IMG/VR virus record: IMGVR_UViG_3300035683_000001
Location: 1 to 64,000 of that record
Length of the DNA: 64,000 nucleotides
Source of the DNA: a virus
Direction: 5' to 3' (one strand)
In this document: positions 16,674-30,000 of the stretch, in pieces
Numbering within the stretch: position 1 is the first letter of the stretch
How the letters are laid out: each line of letters opens with the position of its first letter
Translations under genes and position numbers: made by a program
Notes under the pieces: generated by a model
Told to the model about the DNA's origin: nothing
Seen by the model: the letters and a program-made list of their open reading frames with translations, nothing else
The model's database searches: none

Positions 16674-16765
16674 AAACTAGGGGAATAGTATAGCGAGTCC
16701 GTCATGACTTAAAACTGAGCGTCAGTCGCAGTTGCGGCTAGAGGGAAGGACAAAATGAGTCGCCC

Positions 16766-17584
16766 GTGTCTTACAAATTCATCCCCGCAATCCAGAAACT
16801 TAAGCGTGAAATCGTTGCGATTGGTAACGACGAGATTGGTAAAGTATATTTTCTCAAGCGTTATTGCCGTGTAGCTGGTGAGAGAGAAGCGCTAGACGCA
16901 ACCGAGAAGAATCAGAATGAAGGGCAGTTCTTACTCGTACAGTTAGCCGACAAAATTAAAAAAGATAAGGGCATCAGCACCGAAGCAGCATACGGCTACA
17001 TCTTCCCCTCTGAAGAGAACAACGAAGTAGTTAAAGACTTCAACCCAATGGTCGAGTATCCCGACGAGATGAGAGCATTGCTCGGTCTTCGCTCACAGAC
17101 CAACCGGATGAAGGATGCAGTAGCTACGGTCATGATGAATACGAGAGTTGCGTTCCCCATTGAATTGACAGCAAACGCAGACATCAACAGCGAATCATTG
17201 GAAGTAGTGGGATTGTCCTTTCCCCTGCAAAACAACGACTTAATCAAGTTCGGTTCATGCACTGCCAAAGTAGTGGGCAATCACGAGGCTGATGCAGAAT
17301 CAGTGACAATCCAACCCCTAAGCGAGAAGCTAGCATCCGGTCGTGTTGGATTCTTGGCTAACTTCGAGAGTGGGAAGGAGAAAGTCGGTTACAGTGATTG
17401 GACAACTGAAGACACCAAGCAGTTGCCAGAAAACCTGATTGAAGAAATCTTCGCATTCTACCAGCGTGAAGCGGCTGGTGTTGGTGAAGTTCAAGAGGAA
17501 ACGGTGACGAAAAAAAACGAACCGAAGAAAGCGACGAAGAAATCCTTGAAAGCCTCAGACGACTCTGTGAGCAACCCCCAATAA
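16766..17584 (+). CDS. tail assembly chaperone (gpG-like, zero-frame product)
   Basis: 272-aa ORF immediately upstream of the TMP. It contains the slippery heptamer near its 3' end. Confidence 0.7.
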   Translation: MSYKFIPAIQKLKREIVAIGNDEIGKVYFLKRYCRVAGEREALDATEKNQNEGQFLLVQLADKIKKDKGISTEAAYGYIFPSEENNEVVKDFNPMVEYPDEMRALLGLRSQTNRMKDAVATVMMNTRVAFPIELTANADINSESLEVVGLSFPLQNNDLIKFGSCTAKVVGNHEADAESVTIQPLSEKLASGRVGFLANFESGKEKVGYSDWTTEDTKQLPENLIEEIFAFYQREAAGVGEVQEETVTKKNEPKKATKKSLKASDDSVSNPQ

Positions 17585-17964
17585 ACTGGCGGAAACTCTA
17601 CTACAGAATCCAGGGCTATGGCATCGCAGATCCACGGTGGGCAAGCTGGGAATCGTTCTTAGACCAACCCGACTCGCTTATCTTGGAAGTCTGCGAACAC
17701 TACGAAAAAGAGAAGCGGATAGACGCTAACGTCGCGTCATTCACCGAGGCTAGAGGATGGGCGATGCTCTATAACGGCTTCTCTGGTGAAGGCAGCAAGC
17801 CCATGTCGCCTATCGAGTTGCTTCCGTTCCCTGATGAGATGAAGAGTGACGCAGATGACGAACCTCGCAAGGTTTCAGAGGAGACGGAGAAGATAGCGCG
17901 ATCGCTCCTGAAGTCGGAGAAACTTCCACCTCAGATTGTGGCTCAGATTGAACCAATTTTATAG
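16766..17964 (+). CDS. tail assembly chaperone fusion (gpGT-like) made by -1 frameshift at 17512-17518
   Basis: The -1 frame opens at 17488 (after TGA 17485-17487) and runs to 17964. A_AAA_AAC lies in the zero frame (ACG AAA AAA AAC). The -1 frame encodes non-repetitive sequence (INWRKLYYRIQGYGIADPRWASWESF...). Confidence 0.65.
17512..17518 (+). promoter_or_regulatory. -1 programmed ribosomal frameshift slippery site A_AAA_AAC
   Basis: Part of an 8-A run at 17510-17517. The register was checked against both frames. Confidence 0.65.
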
Positions 17965-17976
17965 AAACGACGACAA

Positions 17977-18003
17977 CCCTCAGAGTCAAGACTGGGGGTT
18001 TTT
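17977..18003 (+). terminator. terminator-like hairpin between the chaperones and the TMP
   Basis: CCCTCAG (17977-17983), loop, CTGGGGG (17992-17998), then TTTTT. Confidence 0.4.
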
Positions 18004-18047
18004 GCTTCATAGGAAAGCTAGTCTGATCCACTCCCCTCAACAGCCTC

Positions 18048-21000
18048 ATGGACTCAACGAGCTTAGGTGAAGTAGCGCTCCATTTTATAGGCGATGTCAG
18101 TCATTTAGAATCCTCGCTTCGTGACATCCAGAAAAAAGCGATCGCTACTGCTCAGTCAATTGAGAAGGCGATGGGTGGGATCGGCAAGAGTGGGCTAAAG
18201 CTCAACATCACAGTCAACTACGCTGACTTAGGACTTACCAACAAACGAATTGGCGAGACTGAGCAAAGACTTAAAAACGCGCAAGGCTACTTTGATCGGA
18301 ACCCATTACGCATTCGAGTTGATACCAGTGAACTAGACGGCGCAGAAAAGCGCATTGCAGAAGTCCAAACAAAGATAGGGGCGACGGCTGACAAAAACCG
18401 CAGTGTATCAGGTAAAGAATCTTACGAGTCGGCTAAGCCTCGTGAGCAATCTCTGGGAATAAAGTCAGATGCAATTGCAAAAGAGATTGAGAAAGGATTC
18501 TCTAAGGCTAAGCCGAAGATTGGTGGTGGCATTGGCTTGGGTGGCATCTTTCGGGGTGCTACAGAAAAACTAGGTGCTAGCTTAATCTCTGGATTCTCTG
18601 AAGGCTTGTCGGATTCATTCAACGAAGTTACAGGCAAACTGATCGGTAGTCCAGAGTTGTTGGGGCGTTCAATCCTCAATAAACTCATCCCTCAAGTTGG
18701 GCAGACGCTAGGCAAGGCTCGACTCGTGAAAGGAGTGGGCAAGCTTGCCCAGGATTCAGGCTTGGGTGAGCGGTTTTCGTCTGGGGTTAATGCAGCCAAA
18801 AATTTGATTGGGGCTGACGAGATTGAGCTTGAGCAGCGCTATGTTCGTGGCAAGCAGAAAACACGGACAGCCTCACGGAATAAAGCGATCGCGTCTGAAT
18901 TGGGTTCTGAGTATGAGCAGTTCTTGATTGACAAGCCGATTGATGAAATTGAGCGTGAAATTAAGCAAAAGGAGTTAGCACAAGCCAAAAAGAAAAAGAA
19001 ACTGATACTAAAGAACTATCAAGAGTTTCTCAATAAAGACACTGAGGAGCAAATTAATTCGCTTGTTTACGAGCCAGCAAAGCAAGCCTCTAGCCAACTT
19101 GGGCGAGTAGAGCAAGCCAAGGGTATTGTCCAAGGCAAACTCGATAACTTTAAGTCCCTTGAAGACTCGGGGATCTCGCTGAGTGAAGAGCAATCTGGAG
19201 AGAGAAAGAAGCTTGGGTTGCAAATGCAAGCCTTGAAGAAGCGCGAAACCACTCTAAAAGCTGCGGTAGATAAAAAGTTTAAATTCGAGGCTTCCTCTGC
19301 CCCAGAAAAGCTGGTAATCCTCCAAAAGGCAATCAATCAGAAAGTTGTATCAATTACAGAAATAGAAAAACGGATTCAAGCATTAGAGTCTGATCTAGAA
19401 CAAGCAAATACTCGCGAAGAGTTCCTAGAGCGACTACTGTCACAGGCTGGCGTTGAGACGGCTGGCATTACCAAGGTTCGAGCTGACCAAGAAAAACTTA
19501 AGCCCAAAGTTGAAGCGAAGAAGCAGGCTAGGATAGCTGAACTCAAGACTTCGATTAATAAGCGAAAGCAACTGATCAAGTTTTTTGACGAGAAGATTGC
19601 AAATTTCTCAAAGACTTTAGCTAGCGAAACTAATACTGAACTCATTGCCCTTATTAACGAGCGAGTTGAAAAACTCAACTCTGACAGAGCGGGGGCTATT
19701 GAAGCACTAAACCTGGACAAAGAACAGCTTGCTGATGTGCGCCAAAACTTCGGATCAGGTTTTCGTGAGCAAGCCACGGCAGAGATGGGTAAAGTCCAAG
19801 CTGAGGTTGTTCAAAGAACTGGAGCAAATGGCAAGGAATCTAGGGAAGACATCGGGCAGCGCATTGCTATTCAACGACTACGGAATTTAGGGAAGAATCA
19901 AACCGAATCTCTTAATAAGGTTAAAAACTTAGAGTTTGAGACTCCCGTAGAAGCTCAGTTGCTACTTGCTAAAGCAAAAGAGATTAATGCTTCCGTTGAA
20001 GAGTACGAACGACAAGCAGAAGCAGCGATCAACATAGCGGCAGAGGCTAAGAAGAAAAATCAAACTATCAAGGCAAACCAGGTTGTTGTACAAGGCTCTG
20101 CCGTTACGGGCACAGGCGGGATACCTGGTGCAAAGCCGTCAACTAAAAAGCCGCAATTACCTGCCGCCTACTTAGACATTGTTCGGGATGTTGCTAAAGC
20201 ATCAGGTATCGAAAACTACGAAGACTTAATCCCTAAGCCAGAGGCATTTTCAGAAAAAGACCTAGACTTCTTTAAACAGAAAGGCGTTGATCCAACAGCC
20301 GGATACATTGGCGGCAAGAGCAACAAAATCAAGTTGCTACCAGAGCAGATGAAGGCGTTACAGTCTGGTGCAATCAATGACGACTTGGTTGGGTCATTTG
20401 CCCATGAGTTAAGGCACTGGGTTCAGGAGTTTTTTGATAATCAAATAGAGCAGTTGCGTCCGACCGCAGAGGAATACAAAGCAGATCCGAGGCTGGCTGA
20501 AAAAATTGAAGGTTCGACTAGTTTAGGTTCAGGTGACAAGGTAAAAGAGCAAAAACTTAGAGACGATGAGCTAGATGCTTACACCTTTGAGATGAGGAAT
20601 AAGCAAGCGATCGCTGCACGGGTTAAACGTGCTAGCGCGATTCGTGAAATCGAGCAAACAGCAGGGAGTGGCGGCGGAAAGCTAAAGAACGAACTCGACA
20701 AAGCAAAGGCAGCGCAGTTTAACAAATTGGGTGAATTAGTCCAAGGCAAGGATTACGACGTTACTGGGGCACAGGAATTACTTGAAGCGAAGTTCGAGAA
20801 AATCAACGGAGTTGCTGACAAGTACATCGCTCAAGTCCAGTCGATTGATAGCCTCTCCGATCAGGATGTCAATCTGCTCTATAAGTCAATCCAAGCTGTC
20901 CTAAGTACGATTGTTGGCAGTGTTTCAGGTTTTGCTGATCAAGTTGATAGTGAGCTACTGAACCGAGCCAAGGCTGAACTAGAAATGCAGCTAAAGGGTG

Positions 21001-24000
21001 GGGCAACAACTAAGGCTCGGTTGGTTGATATCGCTAAGGCTAACGGCATCTCAACTAAGGGCAATAAAAAGGACATTGCTGACAATCTGCTCAAAGGGAT
21101 GAGCTTCAGCGGCTTAAAAGCTCAGGCTCCAGTGCCGGATGTCAATCAGTTAAAGGCAATCCAGGCTACCCAAGCTTTCTCGCCACAGGAGATTGTTGAA
21201 TACCTCAAGGAACGTCAGTCTGAACGGTTAGACTTCTCTGACTTAAAGGAAGATTACGCTCTCGTACTAGAACTGCTCAATCATGAGTTAGAGGAAGACG
21301 TTAAAAAGTCACTGCAAGCGGCAAAACTCAGTATTGGCAAGCAACTTCGCGCACCACAGTCGACAGCAGCTACAGCCGTTGATGTTCCTGACGAAGACTT
21401 AGAAAATATCAAGCTAAAAGGACAATTCATCAATCCCTTAGAAGCAGCTAAGAAACAATTCCAGCAAGCTGTCCAAGGGATTCAGCAAACTAGCCAAAAG
21501 CGACAGTTCAGCGCTGACTTCAAGCAGGGTTTAGGTGCCGACCAAAAAGCCTTTGAAGAAATGCAGAGGGCTTATGATATTGCACAGAAGCAACGAGAGA
21601 AGCTAGCCAATGAAGCAATTGGTCAATTCGATAAAGATGCTGAGGCGTTATTTGCTGAGGTTGAAGCTCTGTTACAAGAGCGGATGGAAAGCTACGAGCA
21701 AGCAATCCTTAAGGCTGATGAACTAGACGCTGATGCATCGCTGTCAGAAAGCCAAGCTACAGCTTTCGACAACCAGCAAGAACTTCGCAAGAACCGTAAG
21801 AAAATATCACAACAAGAGGCGAAAGGGCTTGTTGTTGATTATGCTCCTTTACGTGTTCCGGTTGACATCAAGGAACCTGCGGGAGAGTTTAGAAAATTGG
21901 TCGGTGAAGCGCTTGGGGATATGTTCTCAGGCGTTGCGGAACGAGTCAGAAAACAAGCTCAAATACTAGAGCGTGAGACACCTGCTTTAATGGCAGACTT
22001 GACCGCATCCGCGACTGTGCTTTCAAGTCAAGGGGAAGATGAAGAGGCACTCAAGCTGGTTGATTACCAGTCAAGACTCAAGGGATTAACCGAGGAACAG
22101 TCAGGGTTATCGAGCAAGCGAAATCTGTCACCAGAAGAGGTGAAGCGCCTAGCTGAGATTAACCAAGAAGTCCAGAAAATCTACAGCACATTCGACCGGA
22201 CTGTTCCACAGGTTAACGGATTCTTTGATGCGCTGTTCACGGGTGGAACGGTAGCTCAGAAAGTCGGGGGGATGCTCAAAGGCTTATTGGGCAGCTTCCT
22301 TTCGTTCATGGCAATCGGCAAGGTTGTTGAACTAGCCAAGCAATTCGCACCAGCGTTTATTGACGCAGCGATCGCAATGGAGTCGTTGGAGCGGCGGGTG
22401 AACTTCGTCAGTGGTAACTTTGCGGCTGGCGCTGAAAACATGGCTTACCTCAGAGAAGAGGCTAGTCGATTAGGGATTGACCTGAAGCAAGCGACAGAAG
22501 GCTTTGTTGGCTTGGCTGCGGCTACCAAGGATACAGCCTTGGAGGGTACGGCAACCAAACAAGTGAGTAGTGCTGTCAATCAGGCGGCTGCGGTTTACGG
22601 ATTGGATGCACAATCGACGGAACGGGCATACACAGCATTTTCCCAGATCGCAAGTAAGGGCAAGCTGCAAAGCGAGGAACTTCGGGGGCAATTGTCAGAA
22701 TGTTATTGTGATAACACAGAGGTTTTAACAGCCTTTGGCTTTATTCGGTGGGAAGATGTCACGGAAGATCATCGGCTTGCGACCAAGGAGTTGAAGAGCG
22801 GTCAAGTCTCCTACGTTAAACCTAGGAGGCTGGTCAAGTATTGGCACAGTGGCTTGATGTACAAGGTGAGCAATCAAGGCGTTGATTTACTTGTCACGCC
22901 AAATCACCGAATGATTGTTAAGGATGTAGAGACAGGAGTTGTCTCTATCATTCAAGCATCAAGCCTTGAGCAAAAGCCTTATATTTACCTCACGTCCGTT
23001 AATAACGAGACGGGAGCTTTAGTCAATCCAAGCGATACCGAATGGATTGATTACGAAGGCTACGTCTATTGCGCTGAGGTGGAGCATACAACACTATTTG
23101 TTAGGCGCAACAACAAGACTGCATGGAGTGGTAACAGCTTACCCGGCGCGTTCCAGGTTGCCGCTCGTTCAATGGGAGTGACGACTCAAGAGCTAGGTAA
23201 GATGCTCGAACAAGGGCAAGTCCTAAGCGAAGATTTCTTACCCAAGTTTGCACAGCAGCTTTCCGCTGAAACAGCATCAGGTGTTGCGGGTGCTGCGGGT
23301 TCTTCTGTGTCATCTCTCAATAACTTTAATAACGCTATCTTCGAGACTCAAGCCGCATTAGGTGAGGGATTGCTACCCGCTCGTAACGCTGGCTTAGAGG
23401 TACTAGCTACTGGATTGAATCTCATCCGAGAGAATGCAGGGTTGCTCGTTACCGTCTTTAAGTTCTTAGGTGTTGTACTGGCGTTTAACGTTGGCAAGTC
23501 TGTACTGAATGTCGTTAAGTCATTCGCATTGATGCGGGGTGAGATGCTTCTGGGGGCTAATGCTGTCAAGACACTGGGAGCATCCAAGGTTGGGATGGTG
23601 GGTTTGGCGAATGCTGTCACCGGAGTTGGATCAGCACTAAAAGGGATGCTCTTCGCGGCTGGCCCAATGCTTCTGCAATTCCTCGCCTTTGCTGCTGTTG
23701 TCGCAGTCGTCGATCAAATTCGATTCGCCTTCTCTGACGCAGGCGGAACGGTTCGCGAATTTGCTGATCGCTCTAAGGCAAGCATGAAAGAGTTCCGCGA
23801 GTCGTTAGCAGAGTCAAGAGGAGAGATTGACAAGTTCAACGAGAAGAAAGAGAAGCTAGGGTTCTGGGGTAACGTCAAGAAGGGTTTAGACGGAATCGAT
23901 AACGGGGTCGGGGGATTCTTTGAGAAAATCGGAGTAAAACCCGTTGGTGACTTCTTCAAAACTAAAGAGAAGAAAACTCTAGACGATAGCTCAAGAGCTT

Positions 24001-27000
24001 CTAATGATTTAATTGCAGGTTCTAAGGATACGGTGGCAGTGTCGCAGTCTGCTGACGTGAAGCAAATTGTCAGCGAAATTACCACAATTGACAAAAAGCT
24101 CAAAGAAGTCCAGATGAAGCGACGGGCTTTGATTGCCAATTCACCTGGTGATATCGAAGGACTAAAGAAACTCAAAGCAGAGGAAGAGGCGCTACTCAAG
24201 GAACGTGAGGGCAAATACACCCCAGTTGGACAGTTGTCCGCTAAGTTTCAAGCTGAAGTTGATGGACTGAAAAAAGGCATTGAGGAATACGAAGCGATCG
24301 CTGGCGACTCCAAGGTATCGGAAGAGACACGGGACGCATACTCCAAGAAAGCGGGAGAATTAAAGACACAGCTAGACGCAGCAGAGAAAGCACAGAACGA
24401 CCTCAATAAGTCTATTGGTGACGGGGTTAACGGACTAAAACTACTCGCTCGTCAGTTTCAAGATATTGCTGACAGACTCGCTGACGCTAACGCCAAGTCC
24501 CAGCAGCAAGGCAACCTAATGAAAGGTGCTGTAGCGTCAAAGAGGGCTAGCGGCTTCCTCACCCCAGGACAAGAACAAGCTTACAACGCTGCTATTGAAC
24601 AGCAGTTAATTGACGCTCAGCTTAAAGACCAAACACTTGCGCTCAGGGAACAGAAGGCACTGCTAGACACTGACGAAAACCGTCAGATAATGCAGTCCTA
24701 TGGTGCTACGGAAGAAACGGGAGCGGCTGGGTTTAAAACACTCGCAGAACGAGCGGCGGACGGCACACCAGAACGGGCGCTATTTGAGAAGCAAGCCTCA
24801 ATCAAAGAGCAAGAGTCGCAAGTCGCTGACATAGCAAATCAGCTAGAACAGCGCAAGGCTGATGTACGTCGCCAGATGGAAGAGTTATCACGCTCAATTA
24901 CTGAGTACTACAGGGGGATAGATAGAAGCTCCCAAGAAATTGCACTCACAGCACAACAGCAAGCGAAAGTGATCGCAACCACGGAAGCCAAGACCAAGCT
25001 GAAGTCGGCTGTAGTCGGCGTTCAAGACAACTTCGTCTCGCAATTCATTGACTCGATCATCGGGATTATGGAGTCCCTCGATCAGCCATTTGAGGAAGGG
25101 CTGAAGGCACAACAAGAGGCACTTAAGAATCAGTTCCAGTACGAAGATCAGTACAAGCAAGGTACGGAACTCAGAAAGCAGCTTCCTGGAGAGAATGGCT
25201 TAACTACTCAAGACAATATTCAAGGGATGCTACCAGCACTATATCCTGGTGCTAGTGGTGTAACCGCAATTTCAAGCGGTCAGAATTTCGAGGGACTTCA
25301 AGCTAGTGCGACTGAGGCTAATGAAGCGATCGCTGCACTCAACGCTGGACTTCAGGCGAGTGGCACGGAATTACAGCAGGCTACCGAGAATGTTGCTAAT
25401 ACAGGCATTTCACTGGAAGGACTGAAGGAAAAAGCGGTTCAAGTCGCGGCTGTACCTGCTGGTGAGACGCTGGTAGAGAAAGCCGTTGGAACAAACGAAC
25501 AGATTCAGGCTAAGGCGACAACGTTCGACTCAATATTTAGTCAAATCAAATCACAGTGGAAGGACACTTCTGACGTAGACGGATACTGGCAAGGGGTACA
25601 GCAACGGGCTGGCAATCTGGGCAGGGCTGTTCAGACACTAGGTGATGGCTTGGGTCAGATGTGGAACGAATCTACCCAATCAGCAGGAGCGTTCTTCTCT
25701 AACACTGATGGGCGACTGGCTCAAGTCCAGACTGCAACAGGTGGATGGAACTTAAGCCTGCTGGGTGTGAATCAGTCGATTGGCTTTGGCGGACAACTTA
25801 CTCAGATGGTTGCTGACGTGATGAGTGGCAGCTTACAGCCTGCGACGGAGGGTGTTAATAAGTCCATCAGCGGCTCACATCCACTACTGAAAGCAGCTTC
25901 AGGCTTCACGCAAGGAATACAGAAGGAAGCCAAGAAGTTAAGCGGGTTCTTCGCTTACAACATCCCAGTACTGACAAAAGTTGGTCAGTTCATGAAATTC
26001 CTGATCAACTCAACTAAGGAGTGGGGGCAATGGGTTGGTCAAGTCATCAATCAGTTTATTCAGTCAATCCCAACTATCGGTGAAGTTGGCAAAGCGATCG
26101 CTAATAGTAGAGTTGGTCAAGCGGTTGGTAATGCATGGGAGACTGTACAAAATAGCGGTGTAGGTCGGGCTATCGGAAGCGCTTGGAACGCTGTTACAGG
26201 ACAAAAGGGTGATTTCGGTTATGCGTCACCCTCAGCTAAGCAAGACTGGAATAAAGTCTTGGGCGGTTCAGTCTCAGCAGGGCAAAGCTTAAGGGCAGGT
26301 AGAGGTGGTGGAACTAGACTTCATAACGGTATTGATTTTGATAGCACCGAAGGATTGACCACTGGTGATGTTGCAAGAGCGATGTTCCCTGGATTGGTTG
26401 AGAACACAAACGTCTGGGGTGGACAGAAAGACACTCAAGGGAACACCTCTTCCGCTGTCAGAGTCCGGTCTGCTTTACCTGGTGGTGGCGAGTTCTTGAC
26501 AGACTATGGTCATGTCACGATGGAGTCATTGGGAGTTAAAAAAGGGCAGGAGATTGGCGCGGGTTCAGATATTGCTAAGCTTGCATCGGGTGGAGACTAT
26601 GGCTCTACGGGTGGACACCTAGACGTAAAAATTCAGGTTCCAACGGGCGTGGCTCAACAAGCTGGATTGGCTACAGGTTCAGCCGGAAAGACTGGCGGAA
26701 TGGTTTATGTTGACGTGAAGCAATTCATGAAATGGTATCAGAGTCAAGTTGACAAGATGCCAGCCGATCAGCGTGGAGGCGCTTCAAAGCCAGCGAGTCA
26801 ACAAACGTCTACAGCCAACCAAGTCTCAGATCCACGAGACAGGGGAATCAACACAGCAAGACCCGCTAGAAGTAACAGTAACGCAGTCATTGCAAACGCA
26901 GGAGATTACACCAAGCGATCACGTGAAGACAACATCCAAACCATTGTCAATGAAGCTATTAAGTTAGGGGTTACCGACAAAGCCCAAATCTCTTACATCG

Positions 27001-30000
27001 TCGCTACGGCTTTGCATGAGTCTGGGAACTTCCGGTACTTTGAGGAACAAGGTGCTGATAGTCGCTTTGCTCACTACGAGGGTGGGGCAAAGTACAAAGG
27101 TCGGGGCATGGTACAACTCACCCACAAGAGCAACTACGCTAAGCAGGGGCAAAGACTGGGCTTAGACTTAGTGAACAATCCTGAATTGATTCGTGATGCC
27201 AATGTTGCAGCGAATATCTTGGTTCACGGAATGATTACAGGAGGCTTTACTGGCAAAAAAGTCAGTCAGTATTTAGGTAATGGCAAGAATGATGTCAGCA
27301 ATGCACGTCGGACTGTAAACGGCTATGTACAGGCTCAGGTCAATCAGGTCAACGCTAAATACAATGAGGTTGCCCCAAACATAGACCAATACATCGCAAG
27401 GGCAGGTCAAGGTGGACAATTTGCACAAGCACCCGCCGCAACTGCGATCGCTCCCGCTCTTCAGCCAATGCAGCAAATCGCATCGGCTGAGATGCCAGAT
27501 GCGAGTCTGCCTGATATCGACTCGTTTATCGCTAATCCCAACGCATACATTAACGGAAGTTCCAGCGCATCAGCCGCACCAAGACAGGGGCAACAGAAGC
27601 CCACAGCGTCCCGCTCACCTGCTCCAGAACTAAGCCGTCAAGGTGCAGTGATTCTTGACCAGTCTCAAGCTCAATTACTTGCTAACAATAAACTAACGAC
27701 CAACCTAGCGAATCAGCAAGCCACAGCCAACACAGCATGGTCTACTTTGCAATCCAAGATTCAGGAAGGTTCTGCACAGTTCCAGAAAGAGCGTGGATTA
27801 CAAGACCTAGAAGGACGCATCAACTCAACTCAAGACCAACTACAGCGTGACTTGATTGGGTTGGACAGAAACGAACCTAGACGGCAAGCGAAAGAGGCTG
27901 AGCTTAGTATCCTGACTGAGTACCGTGACAAGAATCGTGATTTACTTCGCCAACGGGATGAAGTAGCCGCAGCCGTCGCTACTACCGAACGGTCAATCAA
28001 GCTGTTCAATGAAGCCATCAACGACCCTAACTCTGGCTTGACTGGCGAACAGAAGGCATTGCTACAGCGTCAGCTACCAGGCTTACAAAGTGACTTACCC
28101 AGGCTAAAAGAGATACTAGGCAAGATTGATGGAGTCGTTGGTCAGCAGGAAGGTGTCAGGGACAAGAAACTCGCCTTTGCTCGTGAAACTGCTCAGTTAG
28201 CAGAACGCGATCGCTCATTCAAGGTAGCTACTGAGATTGAGGAGGGTGACGCACAGAAGCTAGAGAAGCGCATTGCAGAGATTAAGGAGATGCAGCGCGA
28301 CAATCCTGGCGACTTGAGTCTGGGTGATCCGATTGAGTTGCAAGGGCAGCTCGACATGATGCGTCAGGCGTTGAAACTCAAGCAAGAGATTAAGGATTTA
28401 GAGGACAGAGAACGCACTGGGGCATTGAAGCCGGAAGAGAAGACGAAACTAGAAACACTGAAAAAAGACCTCAACGCGATGGATGTATCCGCCATTAATA
28501 AGCGGGTAGCTCGTGAGACTGAGGAACGTACAGCACTACTTCGCACTCGTGGTATTGAGGATCGTCACTCCAGCTTTGAGCGGAACAAGGCAGCAACCGA
28601 GAATCAGATCAAGGAGATTGAACGCAACCAAGAACGCAACCCATTTGATCTGAGCCAAGGCGATCCAATCGAACTAAAGAAAGGACTGGCGATTGAGGAT
28701 GAAAACCTCAAGTTTGACTCTGCACGGAACCAGTTAGATGAACAGCTTCGGACTAAGCGGATTAGTGAAGACAAGTACAAGGCTGACATGGCGGCAGAAG
28801 AGAAACGCCACATGACAGCGATTGCAAACATCAATATGGAGGCTGAAGTTGAGAAAGAGAAAAGAGCGATCGCTAAGGGTGACTACGATCTGGAGAATAA
28901 GCAGCGCACCTTTGAGGATAAGAAGAAGTTCGTTGATACCAAGTCAGAATCACTATCACTGGATGGACGTGACTTCGAGGCTAAGCAACTACAACAAGAG
29001 CTAGCCAAGGAAGGGCAAGCGCTAGAACTAGAGGCTCAGATTAATAGCCTTAAGAAACTGGCTCAGACGAACCCAGAAGTCAGAGGGCAGTTGGATGCAA
29101 CCATTGCCAAGCTGCAAGAGTTGAACGGGATTAAGCTGGACAACCTTGACGCACAGTGGGAAAAGGTTCTGAAGGACAGAGCAACCGCAATCAACGATCG
29201 GATGTCCGAGAGTCAGATTGGTTTGCTAGAGACTCAGGCGAGTTCACTATCCGGTAAAGGATTGAACTGGGGTGCGCGTGAACTCCAGAAAGAAGCGGCT
29301 GTGATGAAGCAAGAAATTGACTTCAGAAAGCAGACAGAGGGACTAGAAGAGTTCATCAAGGCTCAAGGTGTTGCGGCTGACAAAGCGGCTGTACTGAGAC
29401 AACAGTTGCAAGAGCTTGGACAAGTCCAAATGTCCAATGTCAAAGACCAGTTCTCACCCTGGAATGACGTGCTTGGCTCGATGACTGGAGGATTTAAAAC
29501 ATTCTTCTCCGATGTCCTATCAGGCTCGAAGTCTTTGAAAGATGCGTTCACTGGGTTGGTAGATGGCATCCTCGGCTCACTCGCTAATCTTGCGGCGGAA
29601 TGGCTCACTAACAAACTCTTTGGGGAAATATTCGGGCTGGGCAAATCTGGCAAGTCAGGCGGCGACTTTATGGCAGGCTCGCTGAATGGTGGGGGTGAAG
29701 AGTCCACCCCGATGAATAATATTGTGCCGTTTGGGGGTAGTAGTGGATCGTCTCCTCTGGCACCAGCTTATGTCTCGGTTGTAAATGGTGGCATGGGTGG
29801 CGATATGTTCACCGGAGCAAGTCAGTTTGGACTCGGTGAAGCTGGCACTTTTGGTGGCAAAGGTAAGACAAACTTTGTTGATGCGATATTCGGCGGAACG
29901 CTTGGAGGTGCGGCTCAATTTGGATCAGGAAGTCCCTTACCTGTTGACATGGTTTCTGCCAACGAAAACATCTTCTCTTCGCTGATTGGTGGCTTCACCA

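Noticed and set aside
16650-25282. TnpB self-targeting of the tape measure gene through the shared 24-mer.
   Set aside because: The sequences 5' of the two copies differ (…ACTAAGTAA against …GCTAGTGG), so a common TAM is not evident. A self-cleaving guide would also be lethal to the phage. Kept only as one of several hypotheses in the findings.
18422-29918. Many 60-170-aa ORFs on the - strand, and in other + frames, inside the tape measure gene (e.g. 19376-19777, 23714-24220, 29363-29707).
   Set aside because: They lie wholly within a strongly supported 12.5 kb CDS and have S/L/P-rich low-complexity translations. That is typical of antisense reading of a K/E/A/Q-rich gene, and none has a start-site context.
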